Notes: generated by a model from the sequence alone, not told the origin. A stretch of DNA of 64,000 nucleotides from an uncultured Candidatus Saccharibacteria bacterium (GCA_947306745.1 CAMZHH010000001.1:1000-64999); one strand, 5' to 3'; shown: positions 19,770 to 28,949, numbered from the stretch's first letter. Translations and numbers: made by a program.

Positions 19770-19888
19770 GGATACATTAGCTACCTCTGAAGACGATTAT
19801 GGAACCGAGCCGGCGAGTAACAAGCACTCGTCGCCCATAAAGATGAGCCGACGAGATGCTGTGTCTTCAGAGGTAGCTCAATGTAGCC
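19770..19888. repeat. 119-bp element bounded by 25/26-nt imperfect inverted repeats (structured RNA or MITE-like)
   Basis: The left arm ggatacattagctacctctgaagac pairs with the right arm gtcttcagaggtagctcaatgtagcc: 16 bp perfect, one bulge and one mismatch. The interior has two mutually exclusive hairpins. Confidence 0.5.
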
Positions 19889-19909
19889 TTTGATGTTATA
19901 ATATCTTCA

Positions 19910-20947
19910 ATGAAAATCTTGGGAATTGAGTCCAGTTGCGACGAAACCGCCGCCGCCATTGTTGAAGATGGCGCTAAAATTTTGTCGAACGTCGTTGTTT
20001 CACAAATCGATATCCACGCATCTTATGGTGGCGTAATTCCTGAAGTTGCCGCTCGTTCTCATATTGAAGCCATTCAGCCAGTCATCCAAAAAGCTTTTGC
20101 GGATGCAAATCTTACTTGGGATGACATAGATGCAATCGCCGTTACGCATACACCAGGCCTTGTCGGTTCTCTGCTCGTCGGCACATTAGCCGCTCGCACC
20201 GAAGCAATTTTACACAATAAGCCCTTCTATCCAACTCATCACCTTAAATCTCATATTTATGCCAACTGGCTAAGCGGCCACCAACCAGAATTCCCTCTTC
20301 TCGCTGCTGTTATTTCCGGAGGACACACGCAGATTATTTACATGGAGCGTCATGACCACTTCGAAATTATCGGCACCACGCGCGACGACGCAATCGGCGA
20401 ATGCTTCGATAAGGTCGCTAAAATTCTCGGTCTCCCCTACCCTGGCGGCCCAGCCATCGCCAAAGCAGCCCAATCTGGTAATCCACATAAATACCATCTG
20501 CCAATTCCACAAGTTAACGACCTCGACTTCTCTTTTAGCGGCCTCAAAACCGCCGTTTTGCGTGCCGTTCAAAAGGAGCTTGGTCTACCAATCACTACGC
20601 CAAGCCACGAATTGAAGGACCATCTCACTGAGCAACAAATTTCCGACTTTGCAGCAAGTTTTCAGTTCACGGCCGTAAAAATTCTTATTCAAAAATTACA
20701 AAAAGCTAGTACAACTCATCCCGCCAAATCTGTGTTGCTGGCTGGCGGCGTCTCCGCCAACCAAGTCTTGCGCGAAGAACTCACTAAAGCCTTCAGCAAA
20801 ACACACCAAGTCTACTTCCCTGAGCCGCAATATAGTACCGATAATGGCGCCATGGTTGCCTCCGCCGCCTACTTCTCTGCCCAATCTGGCGACCAGCCGA
20901 CCGACCCATACGAGCTCGACATTTCTCCACGTTCAGTCATTTATTAA
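19910..20947 (+). CDS. tsaD: tRNA N6-adenosine threonylcarbamoyltransferase
   Basis: 345 aa. MKILGIESSCDETAAAIV is the canonical TsaD/Kae1 N-terminus. An extended -10 (TGTTATAAT, 19894-19902) lies 7 nt before the ATG. Confidence 0.9.
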   Translation: MKILGIESSCDETAAAIVEDGAKILSNVVVSQIDIHASYGGVIPEVAARSHIEAIQPVIQKAFADANLTWDDIDAIAVTHTPGLVGSLLVGTLAARTEAILHNKPFYPTHHLKSHIYANWLSGHQPEFPLLAAVISGGHTQIIYMERHDHFEIIGTTRDDAIGECFDKVAKILGLPYPGGPAIAKAAQSGNPHKYHLPIPQVNDLDFSFSGLKTAVLRAVQKELGLPITTPSHELKDHLTEQQISDFAASFQFTAVKILIQKLQKASTTHPAKSVLLAGGVSANQVLREELTKAFSKTHQVYFPEPQYSTDNGAMVASAAYFSAQSGDQPTDPYELDISPRSVIY

Positions 20948-20968
20948 AATGGTAAAATAACTATAGTT

Positions 20969-22174
20969 ATGAATATTAGTCTATCTAATCTCGAGGTGCG
21001 CAAAAAACTTGCCAAGTATTCCAACACCAATCCAGACGATTGGTTCCTCTGTTTAAAGGCGCGTTACGGCATGGCTACCGTTTTTAAAGCCATCCACGAT
21101 CGCATGGGTACCGGCGAAGTTATTACTTGTCCATATACTTGCATTACAGCAGTTAATCCTATTATTGTCGGTGGGTTAAAACCGATTTATTGCGATATTG
21201 ACCCCTCTACCCTATCGATGGTCGGCGCTTCGGTTTTAATTAAACCCCGCACGCGCGCTATCGTCGTTCAGCATACGCTCGGCATCATGAACCGCGAAAT
21301 TCAACGCGTTTATAAAGCTATCAAAGATCGCAATATTGTATTAGTTGAAGATTGCGCACATTGCCTCGCACGCATGTCGCTCACGCACAAACTCGAACCC
21401 CTAGCAGATATTTCGATTCATTCTTTCGGCGTAGAGAAAGTTCTTCAAAACACCAAATTCGGAGGCGCAATTTACGTCAATCCGAAACTCAAGGATCGCA
21501 ATCCTAAACTCTACAACGATATCATTACCGCTTTACTAGATTTGCCAGAACCACCAACAAGTCTTAATCTTAAAATTCGAACTTATCGTACCCAAAATGC
21601 CATCATTCAACGTCTACCAGGCAACCTAAAAGGCGGCGTTCGCTCTGCCCTACTTAAGGCGCACGTTTTCGAACCGGCAGTTTCCGCTATAGAACAAGAA
21701 GCCGACCAAGGAAAAGCTTATACAACCAATGAGTTTATCAATAAAACAATTCTCGACCATATCGACGAATTGCCATCCAATTATCGACGACGCGAGCAAA
21801 ATGTCGATATCTATCTGAAAAACCTCCGACACGGTCGCAAATTTAAACTATTAGTACGCGAAAAATCGGCACTACTAGCCTTCCCTATCGTATTTGAGAA
21901 TACCGCCAAGGCTACTGAAGCCTATCAAGCACTCACCGCCTCAGGCTACTTTATACGTCGTTGGTATTCCCCGTTGCTTTATCCAGGCCCAACACAAAAT
22001 CGTTACTATTATTACGAGCCAAGCATGGCGCCAATCGCAGAAGATATTTCAACGCGAATTCTTTGCCTCCCAACAAATTATTCCGCAGCAGACACTAGAA
22101 AAATCGTCAAAATCCTTAACCCGGTGGAAAACCCTGTGCAAAAAAATTCCAAACCTGTGGAAAAGTCAAAATAA
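20969..22174 (+). CDS. DegT/DnrJ/EryC1/StrS-family PLP-dependent aminotransferase-like protein
   Basis: 401 aa. The pattern ...VEDCAHCL...HSFGVEKV... (a candidate PLP lysine) and the overall spacing resemble sugar aminotransferases. The sequence is divergent. Confidence 0.65.
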   Translation: MNISLSNLEVRKKLAKYSNTNPDDWFLCLKARYGMATVFKAIHDRMGTGEVITCPYTCITAVNPIIVGGLKPIYCDIDPSTLSMVGASVLIKPRTRAIVVQHTLGIMNREIQRVYKAIKDRNIVLVEDCAHCLARMSLTHKLEPLADISIHSFGVEKVLQNTKFGGAIYVNPKLKDRNPKLYNDIITALLDLPEPPTSLNLKIRTYRTQNAIIQRLPGNLKGGVRSALLKAHVFEPAVSAIEQEADQGKAYTTNEFINKTILDHIDELPSNYRRREQNVDIYLKNLRHGRKFKLLVREKSALLAFPIVFENTAKATEAYQALTASGYFIRRWYSPLLYPGPTQNRYYYYEPSMAPIAEDISTRILCLPTNYSAADTRKIVKILNPVENPVQKNSKPVEKSK

Positions 22175-22364
22175 CGGCAAAAATATCACCAAACGCATAA
22201 AAAACTACCGCCCAAACTGGCGGTATTTTTTGAATTTTTAACGAAAATCAATTAAAATATACCTAAAGTTATCAGAAAAATAGAAATCAAGACCTAAAAT
22301 TTATATTTTTTCGCGCCACAGACGAAAATTTTTTGTCAATTCTTGACACTATCTGTAAAAAATA

Positions 22365-22440
22365 AAAAATTCGGCAGCGCCGAAAAAATTTTTTAGAAAA
22401 AAATAAGCTTTAATGCGCGAAGCGCAAAAAAAATTTTTTT
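22365..22440. terminator. two tandem A-tract/hairpin/T-tract bidirectional terminators
   Basis: aaaaaa-ttcggc-agc-gccgaa-aaaaatttttt and gcgc-gaa-gcgc-a8t8, between the convergent DegT-like gene and the transposase-like fragment. Confidence 0.55.
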
Positions 22441-22454
22441 TGGAAAATCGACCC

Positions 22455-22670
22455 CTATTTTTCGGTTTTTTTATCGAAATCACGCAGATCGAAAAGCGGA
22501 CGCTTCCCTTCATCCATTACTTTTTGGGCTTTTTTAAGTAATTTTTCCAGGCCCAAATCGGAATTTGCGGAACCAATATGCACAGTTTTTACTACTTCCC
22601 CGCCCTTTTTCCAACAAACCTGGACACCAGTCGCACCGGAAGCAGTTTTAAATTTCCGTATAAAAGCCAT
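22455..22670 (-). pseudogene. transposase-like N-terminal fragment (71 codons), probable IS remnant
   Basis: From the internal ATG the ORF reads MAFIRKFKTASGATGVQVCWKKGGEVVKTVHIGSA.... From memory, this resembles the conserved N-terminus of an IS4/IS1634-type transposase family common in Actinobacteria. No catalytic domain follows, and the surrounding DNA is AT-rich non-coding. Confidence 0.4.
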
Positions 22671-23103
22671 ATCCACATCTATTTTGCCACTTTTTCCCAC
22701 AAAAGTGCAAATCATAATCATAGTGCTTATCTTTATATTAGCCACCGTTTGACTTAGCATCCCGCTTACGATAAAATTTAATCAACAAATAGCCATGAGC
22801 TGTTTGGGAAAACAAAAAGGTGTGGTTTGCAACTACCACGACACAAAAAAGAAAATTTGTGAAATTCTCCACGTGAAATATTTTAAGGTTCGCGAGTATT
22901 TTCTTGTGAAAAAATTAAGCCCGAAAGGGCATTTTTTAAACTCATAACAGGGGTAGAGCATAACTTTTCGATCCATAAAAAACATATTAGAACATATTTT
23001 CAGAAACTTGATTGACTGGGACTTTATGTTATACCTAAAGCGAACGTTAAGCGGGGAAGTGCAGACAGGGGTAAAAACGGTCATACTATGGTATAATTAA
23101 CCC

Positions 23104-25659
23104 ATGAAATTTAGTAAAACCTATGAGCCGAATCAATACGAGCCAGACATATACGCACTCTGGGAAAAATCCGGCGCTTTTAGACCAAAAGACAATCCCG
23201 ACGCCGATCCTTACACTATCGTCATGCCTCCACCAAACGCCAATGGTAATCTCCATATTGGCCACGGCTTAACAATCGCATTACAAGACATTCTTATCCG
23301 TTATCACCGCTTAAAGGGGGATAATGCATGGTATATTCCTGGTGCTGACCACGCCGGCTTTGAAACTTGGGTCGTTTACGAACGCCGCCTCGAGTCGGAA
23401 GGGAAGACACGTTTCGATTATTCCCGAGACGACCTCTATAACCAAGTCTGGAACTTCGTCCACGAGCAGCGTGGCAATATGGAGCTCCAAATTCGCGCTT
23501 TAGGTGCATCTTGCGACTGGGAAAGTCTCACTTTCACTCTAGATCCAAAGGTTATCGACACCGTTTACGGCACTTTCGAAAAACTCTGGCACGACGGCCT
23601 CATCTACAGAGGTGAGAAGCTCGTTAATTTCTGCACGAAGCATCAAACCGCCTTCGCCGATATTGAGGTCACCCACAAAGACGAGAAAGGCAAGCTCTGG
23701 CAAATCGCTTACCCACTCGTCAAAGAGACGCACGGCGTAAAAGAACTTATCGTTTCCACAACTCGCCCAGAAACACTTCTTGGCGATACCGCCGTCGCAG
23801 TAAACCCTAAGGATGACCGCTATAACGACCTAATTGGCCAAATGGTCAAACTACCTCTTACAGACCGCGAAATCCCAATCATTGGCGACGAACATGCCGA
23901 TATGGAATACGGTACCGGCGTAGTTAAGATAACTCCAGCACACGATCAGAACGATTACGAAGTTGGCCAACGCCACAATCTACCGATGATTACCGTAATC
24001 GGTTATGACGGTAAAATGAACGCCAATGCCGGCGCCAACTACGAAGGCCTCACTACCGAGCAAGCTCGTAGAAAATGTCTCGAAGTTCTCAAAAATCAAG
24101 GTCTCTTAAGAGGCGAAACCGAGATTGAGCACTCCGTCGGTCACTGCTATAAGTGCGACACCGTTATCGAGCCGCTCCTTAAAGAGCAATGGTTTATTAA
24201 CGTCAAACCTCTTGCTGAACGCGCCATAAAGGTACTTAAGGAAGGGAAAATCAAATTCCATCCTGCTAGCAAGAAACAAGTACTCATCAATTACCTCAGT
24301 CAGCTTAAGGACTGGAACATCTCCCGCCAAATTCCGTGGGGCATCCCAATTCCTGCCTTCGTAAATACCGAAGATCCAACCGATTGGATTTTTGATACTC
24401 GTGTCGATCAGCCAGAAATTAAGGTTAAAGGCAAGACTTATCGACGCGATAATGACACCTTCGACACTTGGTTCAGCTCTGGTCAATGGCCATACATCAC
24501 CACTAGTAGCAGAGAAGCGCATTACCCAACTTCTGTCATGGAAACCGGTGCCGACCTCTTATTCCAGTGGGTAGGCCGCATGATCATGCTTGGCCTCTAT
24601 GTCACTAACGACACCCCATTCAAAGAAGTCTACATGCACGGTATGGTTTTAGACGAAAAAGGCCAAAAGATGTCCAAATCTAAAGGCAACGTCATCAATC
24701 CTATTGAAGTTGTCTCGAAGTACGGATCAGATGCACTCCGTCTCGGCTTAATCGCAAGCCGTTCGGCTGGCGTCAATCAGGCCTTCAGCACCAGCAAGGT
24801 CGTAGCTAGCCGCAACCTCTGCAATAAGCTCTGGAATATCGCTCGCCTAATCCAAGATCTCGTAGATAAGGGCAAAGAATCCGACGAAGTCGTCGTCGAT
24901 AACCTCTGCGAAGACTGGATTTGCCGCGAAATCAACAAAACCAGCAAAGAGTTGCAAAAGCTCCTTGAGCACTATCGTTTCGCCGAAGCTGGCGACCTCA
25001 TCTATGATCTCATCTGGAACAAATACGCTGACTGGTTCATCGAATGCGAGAAACTCTGGAAAGATACCGCTTTGCTTAAATCCACTTTTGAGCAAATTCT
25101 CATCATGATGCACCCATTTGCACCATTCGTCACCGAGACCATCTGGCAGACTCTCAGCTGGACCGAAGGCATGCTTATCAACCAAAGCTGGCCAATCCCA
25201 TACAAGTACGATGAAGCCATGGCTAACCACTTCGACGAGCTTATCGCTATCATCACTGATATCCGCAGCCATTATCAGGCACTCCCTGGTGCACAAAAGT
25301 ATCCAGTCGCCTTCCATGACGACCCACTCATGTACAAGAATCAGCTTCTAATTCAACATCTCACTAAATGCCCATGCGTACCACAGATTAATCTTAACGA
25401 GATTAAGGGCCTTCGCCTTGCCGTCCAAGGCCACAACATCTATCTACAGATTCCAGAAGATATTCACAAGAAGTACAAGGCCAACCTCGAAGATCGTATC
25501 CTAAAGCTTGGTCGCGAAATTGAAACTCTCGAGGCTCGCCTCCGTAGTCCAAACTACGTCCAAAAGGCACCAAAGGAGCTCGTTGAGGAGACACGCAATA
25601 CGCTCGCCGAGAAGCAAGATCTCCTTGGCAAGATGAAAGCTGAGTTTAGCTACATCTAA
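23104..25659 (+). CDS. valS: valine--tRNA ligase
   Basis: 851 aa with the HIGH motif (PPPNANGNLHIGH), KMSKS, and a C-terminal coiled coil. An extended -10 (TGGTATAAT) ends 6 nt before the ATG. Confidence 0.95.
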   Translation: MKFSKTYEPNQYEPDIYALWEKSGAFRPKDNPDADPYTIVMPPPNANGNLHIGHGLTIALQDILIRYHRLKGDNAWYIPGADHAGFETWVVYERRLESEGKTRFDYSRDDLYNQVWNFVHEQRGNMELQIRALGASCDWESLTFTLDPKVIDTVYGTFEKLWHDGLIYRGEKLVNFCTKHQTAFADIEVTHKDEKGKLWQIAYPLVKETHGVKELIVSTTRPETLLGDTAVAVNPKDDRYNDLIGQMVKLPLTDREIPIIGDEHADMEYGTGVVKITPAHDQNDYEVGQRHNLPMITVIGYDGKMNANAGANYEGLTTEQARRKCLEVLKNQGLLRGETEIEHSVGHCYKCDTVIEPLLKEQWFINVKPLAERAIKVLKEGKIKFHPASKKQVLINYLSQLKDWNISRQIPWGIPIPAFVNTEDPTDWIFDTRVDQPEIKVKGKTYRRDNDTFDTWFSSGQWPYITTSSREAHYPTSVMETGADLLFQWVGRMIMLGLYVTNDTPFKEVYMHGMVLDEKGQKMSKSKGNVINPIEVVSKYGSDALRLGLIASRSAGVNQAFSTSKVVASRNLCNKLWNIARLIQDLVDKGKESDEVVVDNLCEDWICREINKTSKELQKLLEHYRFAEAGDLIYDLIWNKYADWFIECEKLWKDTALLKSTFEQILIMMHPFAPFVTETIWQTLSWTEGMLINQSWPIPYKYDEAMANHFDELIAIITDIRSHYQALPGAQKYPVAFHDDPLMYKNQLLIQHLTKCPCVPQINLNEIKGLRLAVQGHNIYLQIPEDIHKKYKANLEDRILKLGREIETLEARLRSPNYVQKAPKELVEETRNTLAEKQDLLGKMKAEFSYI

Positions 25660-25670
25660 TCTAATCGCAA

Positions 25671-25700
25671 AATAGCCACCCACAAAGAGGTGGCTTTTTG
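25671..25700 (+). terminator. intrinsic terminator of valS
   Basis: Hairpin agccacc-cacaaaga-ggtggct followed by T5. Confidence 0.7.
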
Positions 25701-25707
25701 CTTGTAC

Positions 25708-25736
25708 TTGACAAATTAAACCATCTATGCTATAAT
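25708..25736 (+). promoter_or_regulatory. sigma-70-type promoter (TTGACA-17-TATAAT)
   Basis: TTGACA at 25708-25713, a 17-nt spacer, and TATAAT at 25731-25736. It would give a ~105 nt leader before ATG 25848. Confidence 0.7.
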
Positions 25737-25847
25737 GAACAGGTCCGAGTGAGACATCGCGGATTAATTTCGGAGTCTCTAATTCAAAACGGGCTTTATT
25801 TGAGCTACCAGTTATTTCCTCAAATAAATTTTCAGGGGGTGAACTTT

Positions 25848-26120
25848 ATGGCAAGACAAAAAATTCTTGCCGTACCTGGCACCGGTCGCATTGACATTCA
25901 TTTCGATGAGAATCTCTACAAGCCTGATGGCGAGATGCTTTCCGAAATTGCCTTAGCGACGGTCGTGGACGGAGAATCGAAAGGATTCGATCTTACACGC
26001 GCCAGCGAAGGCTGCGTGGTCTGCTACTTCAATCCGACCAATATGACATTGGATCAGGCCCAGAAGGGCAGCAAAAAAATGATCGAATACATCGAATCTT
26101 GCAGCACTGCGAATGCCTAA
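25848..26120 (+). CDS. small hypothetical protein (90 aa)
   Basis: The internal ATG is preceded by a GGGGGTG RBS. The longer ORF-track start at 25698 lies upstream of the promoter and was rejected. Confidence 0.6.
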   Translation: MARQKILAVPGTGRIDIHFDENLYKPDGEMLSEIALATVVDGESKGFDLTRASEGCVVCYFNPTNMTLDQAQKGSKKMIEYIESCSTANA

Positions 26121-26133
26121 TCGCATTCACACC

Positions 26134-26163
26134 GGGGCGCCACACGGCGCCCCATTTTTTTTT
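26134..26163 (+). terminator. intrinsic terminator
   Basis: Hairpin ggggcgcc-acac-ggcgcccc followed by T9. Confidence 0.8.
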
Positions 26164-26255
26164 AGCTCACCGCCGTTCACTACCTCTTGACTTTTTAAAG
26201 CGTTTATGCTATGCTCAACCATAGAAATCAACAAAAACAAACACAGCCGAACAAC

Positions 26256-27362
26256 ATGTCAAATCCAGAATCAAGAATCTTTCGCGAGATGGAAGAAAAC
26301 ACTCGTCGCGAAAACGAACAGAAAGCTCAATTATTTGAGCGCGCCGCCGCACATAATACTCCGACGCTTGAGGATTTCCGCGCCGACGAGAACTCACGCC
26401 AAATTAATGCCGACGAGCGCTACGTCGAGCGCACAAAAGAACGTTTCAATAACGAGGAAAATTCTTACCATGCCAAGGCATTTGAGCACATTTTTCAGCT
26501 CAACGTTGCTCAAGGCCGCTGGCTAAACAACCCAGAAGACGATTCCTATCGTGCTGAAGCCATCCCAGTCACTGAGTACGATGATTTTCGCAACCGCATC
26601 GACATCGCCTCTACTGTCCATATCCCAGGCGAACATAGCGACAGCGGAGAAGACGAGGAGTACACCTTTGGTATCGACCTCACGACTAGCGCCGATGAGG
26701 CGACTATTCGCAAAAAGATTCTCTACGCAAGCAATGATCCAGACTTTGACGGCCCAGTTGGTTTCAGTCAGCTCCGCTATTATCGCAATCATGCTGGCCA
26801 AATCGGTAAGAAACCATTGATTCCACGCTATTGTATCGGCGTAAACCGCGACAGCGTTGATGATGTACTCACCAATACTAATATCCAAAACGGCCACATC
26901 CGTTCTCGCAAGCCAGATTATCTCCAACAGTTCAAAGTGCTACACGAAATGGCAGTTCAAAACGAGCTCTTTGAAGGCCCTCTCTACACAAAAGAGGACG
27001 ACGGTACAATTTCCGAAGAAGAAGAGCAAGCTCTTCGCGGCATTGAGCAACTCGACCGCGTCTATCTTGATGAACGCGAACGTATCGCTAAGCTACTTCC
27101 AAAATGGACTACCGAAGGCGCTATCGATAAAAACGGTAACTTCAACCTCGATCGCATTGCACAGAACATTATCACTAACGACGAAGATCGCACCTTTGCT
27201 ACCATTCTAAGCGTCACCGAGCGTCTCTCGCTCGACGCTTTTGCCGACCCCGATCAACTCAAAATCGAAGCCAGACGTTATGGCCGCCGCCAATCCGGTG
27301 AAACCGATCGAAATCTTGGCCATAGTGCGATACGCAACATTCATGCGGAAGGAGTGAACTAA
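26256..27362 (+). CDS. hypothetical protein (368 aa from ATG 26256; ORF open from 26211)
   Basis: TTGACT (26187-26192) with a 17-nt spacer to TATGCT (26210-26215) places the ATG at 26211 inside the -10 box, so the next ATG (MSNPESR...) is the likelier start. No family was recognised. Confidence 0.6.
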   Translation: MSNPESRIFREMEENTRRENEQKAQLFERAAAHNTPTLEDFRADENSRQINADERYVERTKERFNNEENSYHAKAFEHIFQLNVAQGRWLNNPEDDSYRAEAIPVTEYDDFRNRIDIASTVHIPGEHSDSGEDEEYTFGIDLTTSADEATIRKKILYASNDPDFDGPVGFSQLRYYRNHAGQIGKKPLIPRYCIGVNRDSVDDVLTNTNIQNGHIRSRKPDYLQQFKVLHEMAVQNELFEGPLYTKEDDGTISEEEEQALRGIEQLDRVYLDERERIAKLLPKWTTEGAIDKNGNFNLDRIAQNIITNDEDRTFATILSVTERLSLDAFADPDQLKIEARRYGRRQSGETDRNLGHSAIRNIHAEGVN

Positions 27363-28577
27363 ATGTCTGAACAACTCAAAACCGAACAGACCAACGAAAG
27401 CTCTGCATGGGACATGCAAGAGCCACGTTTTCCAGAAGATCCAAATCAGTACACCGAGCAAGAATTGCAAGCCGACCCTGCTAAACGCTATCATGTAGAT
27501 CCGAAAGATTTTCCAATCTTTTCTAAGCAAGCTGAGATGGGTTCCCGTTGGGGCGATAAAGCTAAAACTCTTCCGTTAGACGAAACGATGGGACGCTTCG
27601 TAAAATCTACCGCCGACTGCATTGCCGTCATCGCCGGCGAAGATGAGGGCTTTCGCTCTACCGAAAAACTCCCAGCCGCCGATCATGTCATTTACCTAGA
27701 TAAATCCGCCCGTCCAGTCAGTTGGTTAAATAATGTTTTCTGGGATTCTTTCACCGACAAACCGCGTCCTAAACATTCCTATCTCGCCATCGACCGCATG
27801 GAGTGGTTCGCGCGTACAGATACTCCCGTCGACGCTACTGGTTACATTAAGGACTCCGACGGCAAATCGTCTCACGTTGCTAGATTTGAGGACTTCTTAA
27901 GGGAAAACGTTTCCGATGAAGATATTGCCCGTGTTCGTGCTCTTTATATTCCGGGCGGCATCGAAGACGAAGACGTTGAAAAAATCATGAGCACCCCAAC
28001 TGGCCTCGAGGGGAAGAATATTACCATTATCGACGAGGTAGGCCGTAGCGGCTCTACCCTAAATATCGCAAAATATCTCGTATCGCGCGCCATTCCAGAG
28101 GCAGCAAGCGTCAACGGCTACACTTATTGGAATGCTGGCGTACAGATCGGACCAGACGGCCAACAACAAATGCGTGGCGTACCGGTTTGGTATGACGCTA
28201 GCTCTCACGTCGGCCGCGGTATTGGCGACGTTAATGAACAATTCTTCGCCGAACGCTACGAGAAACATCCTACCCCAAAAACTCGCGCCCAAAAATTTGG
28301 CTCCATCGTCTTAGGCGAATTCATCAACCTCGCCGAAGAACCAGGCCAACGCTCACGCGAGCTTGCTAAAGAAATTAAAACCATGCGCAAAGAATGGGAT
28401 GCCGGCCATATTATGATGCCAATGCCAGAGCATTACGACACAGATAAGTGGTCCGAACGCCTCGAGGAGCAGGGTATAGTCTTTATGCGCCAACAGCCGA
28501 ATATGCCAAAAAACGCCTACGTAAAGGTTCAAGCGGATATTCAAAGTCGCGAACCGGTCAAACCATATCAGCAGTAA
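27363..28577 (+). CDS. hypothetical protein with phosphoribosyltransferase-type PRPP-binding motif
   Basis: 404 aa. KNITIIDEVGRSGSTLNIA matches the PRTase PRPP loop (hydrophobic run, two acidic residues, xxxSGST). Its start abuts the upstream stop (TAAATG). Confidence 0.6.
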   Translation: MSEQLKTEQTNESSAWDMQEPRFPEDPNQYTEQELQADPAKRYHVDPKDFPIFSKQAEMGSRWGDKAKTLPLDETMGRFVKSTADCIAVIAGEDEGFRSTEKLPAADHVIYLDKSARPVSWLNNVFWDSFTDKPRPKHSYLAIDRMEWFARTDTPVDATGYIKDSDGKSSHVARFEDFLRENVSDEDIARVRALYIPGGIEDEDVEKIMSTPTGLEGKNITIIDEVGRSGSTLNIAKYLVSRAIPEAASVNGYTYWNAGVQIGPDGQQQMRGVPVWYDASSHVGRGIGDVNEQFFAERYEKHPTPKTRAQKFGSIVLGEFINLAEEPGQRSRELAKEIKTMRKEWDAGHIMMPMPEHYDTDKWSERLEEQGIVFMRQQPNMPKNAYVKVQADIQSREPVKPYQQ

Positions 28578-28601
28578 TAGAAAAGCCAGATAAAAGAGAA
28601 A

Positions 28602-28628
28602 CTCCGCTAGAAACTAGCGGAGTTTATT
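28602..28628. terminator. bidirectional hairpin terminator
   Basis: ctccgctag-aaa-ctagcggag (9 bp) with flanking A and T residues. It overlaps the last codons of the minus-strand ORF. Confidence 0.6.
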
Positions 28629-28949
28629 GATCATTGATGGCGGTGCCTGAGGAAAAACGGCGATGGTATCAGATTTGGGTTCATTCTTATGCAAACGGAT
28701 TTCAACCTGATGATATTCGCCCGCAGGGGCGTCCTGCAATTTACCGTAAATCCAACGCTGCCACCTGCCAAGGTGCGCGTCTCGCGTCACGCGAAACTGT
28801 AAGATCATTGCCTCATTTTGGTCGTTTTCGACTTCCATTACTACGATGGAGCCAACTTTAATGCGCTCGAGTTCCTTACGTTTGTTTCCTTTGAAGAAAT
28901 AAACTTTCTTCTTGAGTGCTTCGTCAAAAACAACGCTGTTCATCTTCAT
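28614..28949 (-). CDS. hypothetical protein
   Basis: ~111 aa, preceded by a G-rich RBS (GGGGGGGG). The start is ambiguous among GTG 28952, ATG 28949 and ATG 28943. Confidence 0.55.
   Translation of the reverse strand: MKMNSVVFDEALKKKVYFFKGNKRKELERIKVGSIVVMEVENDQNEAMILQFRVTRDAHLGRWQRWIYGKLQDAPAGEYHQVEIRLHKNEPKSDTIAVFPQAPPSMINKLR

Noticed and set aside
22833-23084. 83-aa minus-strand ORF in the valS upstream region.
   Set aside because: It has no RBS, an odd Phe/Lys/Cys-rich composition, and overlaps the valS promoter. It is treated as non-coding.
22761-23103. Possible T-box riboswitch leader for valS.
   Set aside because: The valS extended -10 box ends 6 nt before the ATG, so there is no leader. 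No T-box consensus (AANNNGGGUGGNACCGCG) or specifier architecture was seen.
25698-26255. Longer ORF-track starts for 25698-26120 and 26211-27362. The same applies to 49407, 56152, 38508, 40791, 42796, 46739 and 29881.
   Set aside because: These starts lie inside or upstream of the recognisable -35/-10 boxes, or add hydrophobic junk. Internal ATGs with an RBS or leaderless geometry were preferred. The start calls remain predictions.
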